Assembly: GCA_965279375.1 (NCBI GenBank)
Contig: OZ257156.1
Coordinates: 4,224,001-4,288,000, forward strand
Length of the DNA: 64,000 nt
Source: Gemmatimonas sp.
GTDB lineage: Bacteria > Gemmatimonadota > Gemmatimonadetes > Gemmatimonadales > Gemmatimonadaceae
Direction: 5' to 3'
Part shown: one piece after another, positions 41,480 to 50,989 of the stretch
How the letters are laid out: the number at the start of each line of letters is the position of its first letter
How positions within the stretch are numbered: the stretch's first letter is position 1
Translations under genes and position numbers: made by a program
Notes under the pieces: generated by a model
What the model was told of the DNA's origin: nothing
What the model saw: the letters and a program-made list of their open reading frames with translations, nothing else
Databases searched by the model: none

Positions 41480-41715
41480 GGCTCTGCTCCTCATTCGCTG
41501 CGGGAGAAAGAACGCCACCATTTTTGTGGCGCAGCAATAGTGAGCAGGGATTGCGATGGTGCCGCGCGCCACGTCACGTTCATGCGGTCTCATCCTTCGA
41601 TTGGGAACGAGACCGGCAACGTGCTTCTGTACTCGCGCGAAGCGCCTTGCCATGCAAACGCAGCCGTTGGAATATCGAGTTCATTCGTGCGCTCACCGCT
41701 CCCGAGGAAGTCGCT

Positions 41716-42546
41716 GTGAAAGACGTTGTCGTCGTTGTCGGCCCGGGGCAGATCGGCCAGGCCATCGCGCGCCGAGTTGGCGTGGGCAAACACGTCGTGC
41801 TCGCAGATCTGCGCATCGAGAGCGCAGACGCAGCGGCCAAGGTGATGAGCGATGCCGGCTATGACGTCAGCGTCGCGGCCGTCGACGTGTCGTCTCGCGA
41901 CGCAGTACACGCGCTCGTCGAGACTGCCTCAGCGCTGGGTAGCGTTACCGGGCTCGTGCACGCGGCAGGCGTTTCCCCGTCGCAGGCGTCGCCGGCGACC
42001 ATTCTCAAAGTCGACCTCTACGGCACCGCGCTCGTGCTCGAGGAATTCGGCAACGTCATTGCGCATGGAGGCTCGGGCGTCGTGATCGCGTCGCAGTCCG
42101 GACACCGTCTTCCGCCGCTCACGGTTGAGCAAAATCGCGCACTGGCGACGACGCCAACGGAGGAGTTGCTTGCCCTGCCCTTCCTGCAGCCGGAGCTGGT
42201 GACCGACTCGCTGCACGCGTATCAGCTTTCGAAGCGCGGCAACGCGCTACGCGTGATGGCCGAAGCCGTGCGTTGGGGGGCGCGGGGGGCGCGCATCAAC
42301 ACGATCAGCCCCGGAATCATCATGACGCCGCTGGCCAAGGACGAACTGAGCGGCCCACGCGGCGACGGCTATCGGCGCATGATTGCGCTCTCGCCAGCCC
42401 AGCGCGCCGGAACGCCGGATGAGGTGGCGACGGTGGCCGCACTGCTCATGGGGGCCGACGGCGGGTTCATCACCGGCAGCGATTTTCTGATGGACGGCGG
42501 CGTGACCGCGGCGTACTGGTACGGCGAGCTGGGGCCCAAACCGTAG
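41716..42546 (+). CDS. SDR family oxidoreductase
   Basis: GAGGA RBS and GTG start; GPGQIGQAIARR, HAAGVSP, YQLSK, INTISPG, TGSDFLMDGG. Confidence 0.9.
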   Translation: MKDVVVVVGPGQIGQAIARRVGVGKHVVLADLRIESADAAAKVMSDAGYDVSVAAVDVSSRDAVHALVETASALGSVTGLVHAAGVSPSQASPATILKVDLYGTALVLEEFGNVIAHGGSGVVIASQSGHRLPPLTVEQNRALATTPTEELLALPFLQPELVTDSLHAYQLSKRGNALRVMAEAVRWGARGARINTISPGIIMTPLAKDELSGPRGDGYRRMIALSPAQRAGTPDEVATVAALLMGADGGFITGSDFLMDGGVTAAYWYGELGPKP

Positions 42547-42576
42547 CGATCGCGAGACGTTCGGGCGTACCGAACG

Positions 42577-42614
42577 CAAAAACGACTCCGGATCGGCGAG
42601 ATCCGGAGTCGTTT
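42577..42614. terminator. Bidirectional terminator between the SDR gene and tRNA-Gly
   Basis: AAACGACTCCGGATC-ggcga-GATCCGGAGTCGTTT. Confidence 0.8.
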
Positions 42615-42644
42615 GCGCAGTTGAACCACTGCGGCGTACTGCAG

Positions 42645-42717
<73 letters not shown>

Positions 42718-42828
42718 AGACTGTGAGGCGTCTGCGTACAGCCCGACGACTCACAAGCGGAATCTATGCCGCCGCGCTCAAACGCCGCTAGGTGGTACGC
42801 CAGGTGCTAGGCTTGCCCGACACACCGC

Positions 42829-44583
42829 TCAATTCGGCAGCGGATTCATCGACCGCAGCACCGGGTAGTACGTCGGCGCGGGCGACATGCCGAGCACCGG
42901 ATCCATGATGTTCCACCACATGAAGCCGTCGTCGGAACGCGGGTCCATCAGGATGAACGTCAGTCGCGCGAGTGGCTGCGACATATCGATCACGAGCGAG
43001 CCCACCGGCAGCGCCTGCTGCGTGGCTTCCCATGCGCCCGTCAGCGTCCGCCCCTTGTGCGTCCCCTGATACTCGCGCTCGGCCAGCACGTTCGTCGCGA
43101 TCTTGTAGCGCTCGCCGGTGAACGCGATCTCCTTGTTGGTGATCGAGTACTTGACGCCGTGCGCCTCGAGACGGTCCACGATCGCCGCGATCACGCGCTG
43201 CGTCGGCGTGCCGACGCCCGCGCCTCCGCGTCCGCCGCCACCAAATCCACCGCCGCCCGGAGGACCCGCCGGCGGGCCACTCGGCGCTGCTGCAGCGGCC
43301 GTTGAGGCCAGGTTCGGAATCACCCACACGCGCGGCGCCACGCTCGTCTCGGTCGGCTCGGCGGTGCCATAGAACGGCAGCATCTCCGTCGTGACCGGTC
43401 CGTCGGTGCGCAGACGATACGGACGATCAGCCACATACGGGTTGCGCGTGGACGCCGTCGGCGCAAACACGATCTTCTGCAGGTCAGGATGCTTCACCAA
43501 CTGCTGCCGCACCGCCAGCGACTGCCCCACGATCGACTCGGCGTTGGCCGCCGCGACCACGCTCTGAATCTTCGCGCCGTTCTTGGCGACGAAGCCAAGG
43601 GACTCCTCGAGGAACCAGTACGTCTCGAAAATGCGCGTCTTGAACGACGCATACGAATACGTCTCGGTCAGCAGGCCGAGAATATTGCGTACACCGTAGT
43701 ACGTGGACGTGTAACGCGGCTTGGCCAGCTCCGCATCCGAGCGCCACGCGCGATCGGCACCGGTGCCGGACACGCCGCCGTAGTACCACCAGTCGGAGCC
43801 GTGCTTCGCCTTGATCGTCTTCGTGATCTCCGGCAGCAGCACTTCACGCAGCAGACTCATCTCCGCTTTCGAATTGTTCGGATTGAGCGACGTCTCGTAC
43901 GTCATGTTGAAGCCGCTGGTCGCACTGCCGTCGGTCGTGTGCAGATCCATCGCCACGTGCGGCTGATACCGCGTTAGCAGCGAGGCCATCGAGCGGGCCT
44001 CCGCGGTCTCCATCTTGGTGCCATCGCGATTGAGATCGAGCCCCAACGCGTTCTCGCGCGTACCCATGCCGCCAACGGGCCCCGCCTGCGATCCGCGATT
44101 GGCGACGGTCACGCGCTCGTTGCCATCGGCGTTGTAGATCGGATTGATCATCAGCACCGTCGTCTTGAGCCACTCGTTGCGCTCGCCGCGCGCGATGGAG
44201 CGCAGCAGCCACAGCAACGCTTCCTTTCCTTCCACTTCTCCCGCGTGAATGTTGCCCTGGATGTAGACGCGGGTCTTTTTGGTCGCGAGCACCTGCTCCG
44301 GAGACGCGCCCGGCGCCCCGATCACCGCCAACGGCAGCGGCCGCCCTTCGTACGTGTAGCCGTACGTGGTGAGATGAATCTGCGGATTGGCCGCGGCCAT
44401 CTGCCGCATGTAGGCGACCACCTCGTCGTAGCGACTCGTCTCCGCATAGTCCGTGCGCTCAGGACGCGTCAGCCACTGCGCTCCCCCGGCAGCCTTGGCG
44501 CTCTGCGCAGCGAGGGGCGTTCCACTGAGCGCGGAGCCCGCGAGCACGACCCCGAACGCGGCGAGCGTTGGCAGCAGTCGCAT
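42829..44583 (-). CDS. Secreted M14 family metallopeptidase
   Basis: Signal peptide, YGYTYEGR, GNIHAGEVEGKE, PIYNADG, DLNRD, DLHTT. Confidence 0.88.
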   Translation of the reverse strand: MRLLPTLAAFGVVLAGSALSGTPLAAQSAKAAGGAQWLTRPERTDYAETSRYDEVVAYMRQMAAANPQIHLTTYGYTYEGRPLPLAVIGAPGASPEQVLATKKTRVYIQGNIHAGEVEGKEALLWLLRSIARGERNEWLKTTVLMINPIYNADGNERVTVANRGSQAGPVGGMGTRENALGLDLNRDGTKMETAEARSMASLLTRYQPHVAMDLHTTDGSATSGFNMTYETSLNPNNSKAEMSLLREVLLPEITKTIKAKHGSDWWYYGGVSGTGADRAWRSDAELAKPRYTSTYYGVRNILGLLTETYSYASFKTRIFETYWFLEESLGFVAKNGAKIQSVVAAANAESIVGQSLAVRQQLVKHPDLQKIVFAPTASTRNPYVADRPYRLRTDGPVTTEMLPFYGTAEPTETSVAPRVWVIPNLASTAAAAAPSGPPAGPPGGGGFGGGGRGGAGVGTPTQRVIAAIVDRLEAHGVKYSITNKEIAFTGERYKIATNVLAEREYQGTHKGRTLTGAWEATQQALPVGSLVIDMSQPLARLTFILMDPRSDDGFMWWNIMDPVLGMSPAPTYYPVLRSMNPLPN

Positions 44584-44678
44584 CGCGCGCGTACGAGTCC
44601 GTTCCGTGCACGAATTGCGATGCGCGCAGACAGGGGACACAGATTGCGAGCAATCAGCTCGCCGACCAGCGAAACCGT

Positions 44679-45194
44679 TCATCGGGCAACTCCAGAAGGT
44701 GACGACGAAACATCCAACTCAAAGTGATCCTGAATCGTGCGGACTTCATGCACGCCGGGGGTGACACCGCCACGCGCACGCACGAGCACGACGATATGCG
44801 ACTTGCCCTTGGTGCGGGCGAACGGCACGACCACCTGCGTGAGTTGCGGCTCGCGCTGCCCCGCAGCGACCACGGGTGTAGCGACGACACTGTCTTCCAC
44901 GACCAGCTCGAAGCGGCGCGCCGCGCTGTCCGGATTGACCAGCGACAACGCGACGGTCACCTCGGTGTCGTCAAACACAGTCAGTGCAAAATGCAGCCAG
45001 CCCGTGGTCTGTCGAAACGGACGGCCGCTGAGCACGCCGTCGATCACGCCCTCGCCGTCGAAGCCATGCGCCTTCTCGCTCGCTGCGTTTCCCACAACAG
45101 CGACGTCCACCACGCGTCGATCGAGACGTGGAGACGCAGCGCTCGGCACAACCTCGCTGATGGCGAGCAGCAAATGGACGAACCAGTGCGGCAC
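44679..45194 (-). CDS. Hypothetical protein (stand-alone beta-sandwich resembling the C-terminal module of GH127/GH146 enzymes)
   Basis: VDVAVVGNAASEKAHG..FRQTTGW..RRFELVVE..TKGK..GVHEVR; start and family uncertain. Confidence 0.5.
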   Translation of the reverse strand: MPHWFVHLLLAISEVVPSAASPRLDRRVVDVAVVGNAASEKAHGFDGEGVIDGVLSGRPFRQTTGWLHFALTVFDDTEVTVALSLVNPDSAARRFELVVEDSVVATPVVAAGQREPQLTQVVVPFARTKGKSHIVVLVRARGGVTPGVHEVRTIQDHFELDVSSSPSGVAR

Positions 45195-45376
45195 AAGGCG
45201 AAGGAAGAACGTGAAGGGCGGGTCCAGACTGTACCCGACCGAGAGGCAACCTACTCCGATCCTGGAGACACGGCGAGCGCGCAGCGCTTCAGACTCCGCT
45301 TGACGGCACGCCCACGACTGTCGTACGCTCCGCACACACCGTTCGCTGGCGTGGTCACACTTCCTCGGCACGACGC

Positions 45377-46240
45377 ATGATTCAGCGGTCAGGCGGGATC
45401 ACCTCTCTCAGGCGCGCAGGCGCACGCGCCGTTGCGTTGGGTGCGCTGACGATCATCGCCAACGCGCTGAATCCCGACACCGCGCTCGGTCAGCGGCGGG
45501 GCGGCTACAATTCGCCGTGCTCCACGAGCTGGGACGAACAGAACTACTTCATTTCGCCGTTCTTCCGTGGGCGACCGGCCTACGATGGGCGCATCACGTT
45601 CGCGCGCATCAAGTACCGCGGCGCCTATGAGTGCGGCCGCGAAGGGCCCGGGTGGGCGCACGACTATCCGCGCACCGAGTCGCACTTCCTGAAAATCCTG
45701 AGCGAGCTCTCCACTACGCGCGTCATCCCCGGCGACGGGCCGATCATCGGGGGTGACGTCGTGCGATTGGACGAGGCCGCGATCTACCAGTACCCCGTCG
45801 CATATCTCTCAGAACCCGGCGGCTGGCAACTCAGCGACGCTGAACTCGCCGGACTCAGGCAGTATGTCGCCAAGGGAGGCTTCATCATCTTCGACGACAT
45901 CGAAGGCGATCCCAATCCCGACTATCGGAATCTCCTCTCGCAGTGGAAGCGCGCCTTCCCTGCACTGCGCCCGATCCGGCTCACCAACGCGCACCCGATC
46001 TTCAACAGCTTCTTTCACATCGATCTCGCCAAGATTCCGAGCAAGACCGGGCGCTACGACCCGGAATACATGGCATTCTTCGAGGACAACGATCCATCCA
46101 AGCGCATGCTCGCCGTGATCGACAACTACGCCGACGTGGGAGAGTTCATCCAATTCTCCGACGAAGGCTACAACATGGTTCCGGCGAACGAAGCGTATAA
46201 GCTGTGGGTCAACTATTTCGTGTACGCACTCACGCACTGA
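45377..46240 (+). CDS. DUF4159 family protein
   Basis: FARIKY, WAHDYP, YPVAYLSEPG, YVAKGGFIIFDD, HPIFNSFF, VNYFVYALTH. Confidence 0.85.
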   Translation: MIQRSGGITSLRRAGARAVALGALTIIANALNPDTALGQRRGGYNSPCSTSWDEQNYFISPFFRGRPAYDGRITFARIKYRGAYECGREGPGWAHDYPRTESHFLKILSELSTTRVIPGDGPIIGGDVVRLDEAAIYQYPVAYLSEPGGWQLSDAELAGLRQYVAKGGFIIFDDIEGDPNPDYRNLLSQWKRAFPALRPIRLTNAHPIFNSFFHIDLAKIPSKTGRYDPEYMAFFEDNDPSKRMLAVIDNYADVGEFIQFSDEGYNMVPANEAYKLWVNYFVYALTH

Positions 46241-46264
46241 TTCCTCCCCAACTCTCGCGAATCC

Positions 46265-46813
46265 ATGGCCGAGTACTCCGCCGTCGCCTCTGTAGGCGCC
46301 AGCATCGAAGCGCTGCTCACTCGCGCCTTCACTGATCCGCAATCCACGCCACCAGTGCCGGACGCCATAACCACGGCGGTTCTCACACGTCCGGGGCATG
46401 CGTGGCCGCTCGGCTTGCTCACGCCTCCCGCGCTCTCTGTGCTGCTCTATCGCGTGGCCGTGAGTCCGGTGATTCGAAACACCACGCCCATGCCTCGCTC
46501 TGGTGGCCTGGGCGGAACGAGCATCGCGCTCAACCTGCACTACCTGCTGACCGCGTGGGCCGATGACGCCGTCGCCGAGCAGCGGATCATCGCGCGCGCG
46601 CTGCAGGCGCTGGAGCAGACGCCGATGCTCTCGGGCCCACTTCTCGATCCTGCCACCGAGTGGGGCCCGGACGACGCCGTTCAGCTCGTGTCGGAGGACT
46701 TGCCACTCGAGCAGCTGCTCAAGTTGCACGAGCTGGGCGCGACGGAGCTGCGGCCGAGCATCTGCTTTGTGGCGCGCGTCTCACGTTTCGATATCCGCGC
46801 GGCCACTCTCTAA
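46265..46813 (+). CDS. DUF4255 (Pvc16/Afp16-like) contractile-tail terminator/cap protein
   Basis: LSVLLYRV...RN, LNLHYLLTAW..EQRII, RPSICFVAR; adjacent to the sheath gene. Confidence 0.8.
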   Translation: MAEYSAVASVGASIEALLTRAFTDPQSTPPVPDAITTAVLTRPGHAWPLGLLTPPALSVLLYRVAVSPVIRNTTPMPRSGGLGGTSIALNLHYLLTAWADDAVAEQRIIARALQALEQTPMLSGPLLDPATEWGPDDAVQLVSEDLPLEQLLKLHELGATELRPSICFVARVSRFDIRAATL

Positions 46814-46830
46814 CCACTCTCTAACCACTC
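46803..46830 (+). repeat. Tandem repeat, 2.5 x 11 bp CCACTCTCTAA, over the stop codon
   Basis: ccactctctaa-ccactctctaa-ccactc read directly. Confidence 0.8.
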
Positions 46831-46841
46831 GCTGCCGCCAC

Positions 46842-48701
46842 ATGTCCGCCCCGATCCAGGGATTCGTCGCCCCCGGCGTCTTCGTCGAGGAGACGAGCTT
46901 TCGGTCACAGACCATTGCCGACTTGCCCACTGGCATAGCCGGCTTCGTGGGGGCCACGCGCTACGGGCCCGTCGCGTATCCCGGCGGGCCGGCCAACACG
47001 GCACCCGTTCGCGTCAGCTCGTTCATCGAGTTCGAGGCGATCTTCGGCGACACTGTGCGCCTGCTGACGCCAACGGATGCCGATCAACGTCCACCGTACA
47101 CAGCACACGCCGCCAACATGTTTTTCGCCAATGGCGGCGAAGTACTCTACGTCGCGCGAACCTTCGCGCCGCGCCAGCTGAACGGAGTCGACGACTGGGG
47201 CGTGGCGTCGGCGAGCTTCCTGGTAGCGGGAAGCGCGGCCACGTGGCGTGCACGCTGGCCCGGTGCCGCCGGCAACGTCAGCATCTCGCTCGAGATCGAG
47301 CGCAGCGGCAACATCGCCACGACCAACGCCGCGTTCGGCAGTGCAATGCAAGTCGCCGGCGCCGGTCACGGGGCCGTCGTCGAGATCATCAAGCGCGCCG
47401 CTGCGCCACAGGGCATCGGGCCAACGGGCAATGCGCCGCTCGGTCCGAGCACGCTCGCGCAAGTGGAGGTGAACGCGAAGACCGGGCGACAGACCTTCCG
47501 ACGTGGCACGCGCACCGTACGCCCCGCCGCAACGGACATCATTCAACTGATCGAAGTTCGCGCGACCATCCACATCGATGGTGCGCGTACCGACGTCTAC
47601 CCGTCGCTCGGGGCGCATCCGCAGCACGCACGTGCAGTCACCGCCGTCCTGTCGCGTGATGCGAGCACGCCGTCAAATGCGCATGTATGGCTCGATTGGG
47701 ATTGGAGCTCCGCGACCGGAACGGATCTCGCCGCACGCATGATGGTGGCGCTGCAGCAACTCGGCACCGTGCAGCTGACCGGCGGGCACGACGGCGGAAC
47801 GATCACCCCTGACCTGCTGCGCGGTGCTGCTGCGGACAGCGCGACCGGCGCAGGTGCGACCGGCCTTGAGGCGCTGGCCGAGATCGAGGAGGTCGCAGTC
47901 GTGGCAATGCCCGACGCGGGTGCACTTGATGAACCCGGAGCGGCCGAAGCGGCCACCACGCATCTGCTCGACCATGTACAGCGACTTCGCCATCGCTTCG
48001 CCGTGGTGGACGGCCCACCGTCGAGTACGATCAGTGACATCCAACAATTCCGCGCACGCTTCGACTGTACACGTGCGGCGTTGTACTTCCCGTGGCTGGA
48101 AACGTTCGACGGTGCGACAGGTCAACCGATCATGGTACCACCCTCGGGCGCGATCTGCGGCATCTATGCGGCCAACGATGTGCAGCGCGGCGTCTTTCAC
48201 TCGCCTGCCAACGTGTCCATCAACGGCGTCACGCGCTTCGAGCAGACACTGAACAGCGCGCAGACCGATGTACTCACGGCCGAGGGAATCAACGCCCTCC
48301 GCACGTTCACCGGGCGTGGCCACGTGGTGTGGGGCGCGCGTACGATGAGCGGCGACCCGGAGTGGCGACACCTGAGCGTTCGTCGTTTCGTGAGCGCGAT
48401 GGAGCACTCGATCGAACGCGGCCTTGCCTGGACGGCGTTCGAGCCCAACGGAGATGTGCTGTGGGCCGCGGTTCGTCGCACCATCGAAGACTTTCTGCTC
48501 ATGCAGTGGCAGGCCGGTGCACTCCTCGGCGACAAACCAGAGAAGGCCTTCTTCGTGCGATGCGATCGTTCCACGATGTCGCAGGCCGACATCGACAGCG
48601 GGCGCATGGTCTGTCTGATCGGCGTCGCACCGGTGCGGCCGGCCGAGTTCGTAATCTTCCGCATGGCACAGTGGACGGCGGACGCCACCGTCGTCCTCTG
48701 A
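46842..48701 (+). CDS. Contractile tail sheath protein (eCIS Afp2/3-like)
   Basis: APGVFVEE, AGFVGAT..GP, FFANGG, AALYFPW, VPPSG, RGVFHSPAN, VWGART, FEPN, AFFVRCD, GVAPVRPAEFVIFR. Confidence 0.93.
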   Translation: MSAPIQGFVAPGVFVEETSFRSQTIADLPTGIAGFVGATRYGPVAYPGGPANTAPVRVSSFIEFEAIFGDTVRLLTPTDADQRPPYTAHAANMFFANGGEVLYVARTFAPRQLNGVDDWGVASASFLVAGSAATWRARWPGAAGNVSISLEIERSGNIATTNAAFGSAMQVAGAGHGAVVEIIKRAAAPQGIGPTGNAPLGPSTLAQVEVNAKTGRQTFRRGTRTVRPAATDIIQLIEVRATIHIDGARTDVYPSLGAHPQHARAVTAVLSRDASTPSNAHVWLDWDWSSATGTDLAARMMVALQQLGTVQLTGGHDGGTITPDLLRGAAADSATGAGATGLEALAEIEEVAVVAMPDAGALDEPGAAEAATTHLLDHVQRLRHRFAVVDGPPSSTISDIQQFRARFDCTRAALYFPWLETFDGATGQPIMVPPSGAICGIYAANDVQRGVFHSPANVSINGVTRFEQTLNSAQTDVLTAEGINALRTFTGRGHVVWGARTMSGDPEWRHLSVRRFVSAMEHSIERGLAWTAFEPNGDVLWAAVRRTIEDFLLMQWQAGALLGDKPEKAFFVRCDRSTMSQADIDSGRMVCLIGVAPVRPAEFVIFRMAQWTADATVVL

Positions 48702-48716
48702 GCAGAGCAGGCGCGA

Positions 48717-49613
48717 CTACGGTTTCTTCGTCGCCGTGGCCTCGAGTTCGTCCGTATCCTGCCGCACCGAAAACGTGACCGGCTGTCCGGGTACGCGCTT
48801 GAACGTGAACATCATGTCCGGTCTCAGCACTTCGTAGATGGCGCCGGTCTTGTCATACAGGCCGGGCGCGAAGATGTCCGGCCCCACGCGAATGAGCGCG
48901 AATGTTTTCATGTACGAGTCTTCGGGTTCCCACCGCCCCTTGAGCGTCTTGTCTTCGTACGTGACGATGAACGTGCTCACGCCGTTGTCGCCTCGCGGTG
49001 GCTTCGCCAAGCGGTACTCGTAGCGCCCCACATACGGTTTTGCGTCGGCCTCGGGCATGGTCACCTCGAGCGACGGCGTGACTGCGACCTTGAGGTTGGC
49101 GCGTGTCGTGCCCCACTGCATTGCGAGGTTGCCGCCAGTCGCCGACAGCTCGGGCATCCACCAGGTGAGCACCTCCATGAATGGCGCTTGCTCCACCGGC
49201 GTGCGGATGCGGATCTGCTTCGCACTCGAGTCGGGCGGATCCATGTGGAAGATGCGGAAGTTCGGATCGAGCACGGTGGTCCAGTCGCCTTGCTCACGAA
49301 GCACCATCCACACCGAGTACTTGCCCTTGGGCACGGGGCGGCCGTTCAGCGTGATGTCCTTGCTCACCTCGAGGACGGTGGCGTAGTTGGCGCCCGGCGT
49401 CCACACCTCACCCCAGTGTGCGACGCTCGTACCAAACAGCGGCGACCTCCCACGAGCACGCGGGCGCGAGTACGTCACGCTGAGGCGCGTGCCGTCGATG
49501 GTTTGCGACATCGTGGCGAGTTCACTGGCGCGGATCTGCGCCGCCACGGTGTGCGGTACGAATGCGAGAGCGCAGACGCCAACGAATGTCAGCGCACGAG
49601 CGATGGGGCGCAT
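48717..49613 (-). CDS. DUF2911 family exported protein
   Basis: Signal peptide, SQTIDGT..VTYSRPRARGR..FG..WTPGANYAT..GKYSVW. Confidence 0.85.
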   Translation of the reverse strand: MRPIARALTFVGVCALAFVPHTVAAQIRASELATMSQTIDGTRLSVTYSRPRARGRSPLFGTSVAHWGEVWTPGANYATVLEVSKDITLNGRPVPKGKYSVWMVLREQGDWTTVLDPNFRIFHMDPPDSSAKQIRIRTPVEQAPFMEVLTWWMPELSATGGNLAMQWGTTRANLKVAVTPSLEVTMPEADAKPYVGRYEYRLAKPPRGDNGVSTFIVTYEDKTLKGRWEPEDSYMKTFALIRVGPDIFAPGLYDKTGAIYEVLRPDMMFTFKRVPGQPVTFSVRQDTDELEATATKKP

Positions 49614-49672
49614 GGAGAAATCAGTAGGTGTGTGGGATTGCGACCGCAGCCGCATCGACGCCGATCTGGAAG

Positions 49673-50167
49673 TCAGCCAAACTGCGCGTCCACGGCGACG
49701 CGAATCTGTGCGAGCGTCTGTCCTTCGCCGTGCAGCCGCACCACCAGCCGACCGGTGCCTTGGCAGATCGGGCAGATCTTGGCCATGGCGTCGCCCTCGT
49801 AGCAGCTGAGCAGCGAGTAGAAGCCGGGCAGTTCAGCGCAGCCACAGCTGCAACGGATTCCGTCAGCAATGGCGGGTATGGCGCGAATGCCATCAAAGAG
49901 CGTCTGGAGCTCGGGTCGAGACGCCAGTTCACTTGCCGCGAGCACTTTGGCGGCGGTGATGCCCTTGCGAGGCGTGGGATGCACTCGTGCGCGCGTGTCA
50001 TGCGCGTGCGCCGGTCCGCACAGCCCGCCGTCACGTGAGTCGGACGAGACATTGAAGCGCGATCTCGTATCGAACCAGCTGCCTGCGCCGATCAGCGCGA
50101 ACGCGCTGAGAAAGTGGCGTCGATTCCCACGTCCATCCAACGCACGATCCAGCCAACGTTCCGACAT
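49673..50167 (-). CDS. PCYCGC-motif-like Cys-rich protein with Tat-type leader
   Basis: NRRHFL leader; GIRCSCGC..SLLSCY..CPICQG..QIRVAVDAQFG. Confidence 0.7.
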   Translation of the reverse strand: MSERWLDRALDGRGNRRHFLSAFALIGAGSWFDTRSRFNVSSDSRDGGLCGPAHAHDTRARVHPTPRKGITAAKVLAASELASRPELQTLFDGIRAIPAIADGIRCSCGCAELPGFYSLLSCYEGDAMAKICPICQGTGRLVVRLHGEGQTLAQIRVAVDAQFG

Positions 50168-50215
50168 CGGAGTCGCTCCCAAGCGAGGGACCTGATGTGT
50201 CGCGCACACAAACGA

Positions 50216-50242
50216 CAACGGCCTCCAAATTGGAGGCCGTTG
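50216..50242 (-). terminator. Hairpin; probable original terminator of the tRNA gene used as integration site
   Basis: CAACGGCCTCCAA-a-TTGGAGGCCGTTG, about 45 nt downstream (minus strand) of the tRNA 3' fragment. Confidence 0.65.
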
Positions 50243-50286
50243 CGTATTGATGCCAGTCAAATGCTGTGCTGCTATGTGAGATCGAG

Positions 50287-50321
50287 AGCCACAGATCGGG
50301 ATTGAACCGATGACCGCTTCA
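50287..50321 (-). other. Displaced tRNA 3' fragment (probably tRNA-Thr); prophage att site
   Basis: Minus strand TGAAG-CGGTC-ATCGG-TTCAATC-CCGAT-CTGTGGC-T gives variable loop, T-arm and acceptor 3' strand; no matching 5' half (GCCACAG) upstream. Confidence 0.8.
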
Positions 50322-50494
50322 CTCTCAGAAGTGGCGAGAATCACCCAAGTCGTTGTCCTACATGATCGTATTACCAGCAAGCCAACCGCGCAAGGGGGCC
50401 GAAACGCACCCAAAGTGGCGTCCAAAGGCTTCCCGATTCCGTCCCGGCCTCGGCGCCCCTCTGTGCGCATCCGGGCGGCGCGGAGGATTCGCGC

Positions 50495-50989
50495 ATGATG
50501 CCGAATACCACCACCCTGGACGACGTCCTGCTTGGCGTCGAGTTGGCGTTCGTGCGCGAGGAACGCGCCGCGCAGCGTCGGCAGCCGCTGGCGTTCCGGG
50601 CCCCCACCGGACGCCCGACCTCCCGGCAGGATGCACTCATGGTGATGATCGATCGGATCACGGACGCGCAGCTCGCGCGGCTCCGGGAGGACCCGCGCTG
50701 GGCCCAGACCAGCACGGCCGACCGGCTCGTCGTCCAGATGGTCACCGAACGGACCATCTCCACGGGGGCTGGTTGCCCGGCGCCGGCGCTCGGGGTCTTC
50801 GGCCGCATGGCGCGCCAGATGGCGCAGGGCGACGACGTCTTGGGCCCGGACGCCCCCGGCTCGGTGCTGGCCTGCGCCTACTTCTACGAGGTCGCCGGGC
50901 ACTACTGGCCGTGCTCGATTCCGCATGACCTCGCGGTCGCCTACGCGGTCAGCGGACTGCCGGCGCGCGCGGATCAGGAGGCACGCTGA
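50495..50989 (+). CDS. Phage hypothetical protein
   Basis: GGAGG RBS; TGATG coupling to next gene. Confidence 0.7.
   Translation: MMPNTTTLDDVLLGVELAFVREERAAQRRQPLAFRAPTGRPTSRQDALMVMIDRITDAQLARLREDPRWAQTSTADRLVVQMVTERTISTGAGCPAPALGVFGRMARQMAQGDDVLGPDAPGSVLACAYFYEVAGHYWPCSIPHDLAVAYAVSGLPARADQEAR

Noticed and set aside
46265..48701. Sheath gene as part of the adjacent prophage tail module
   Set aside because: Lies outside the att fragment, separated by host-type genes, and is paired with eCIS-type DUF4255
50287..50360. Complete tRNA gene
   Set aside because: Only the 3' portion is present; no D-arm, canonical anticodon loop or 5' acceptor strand
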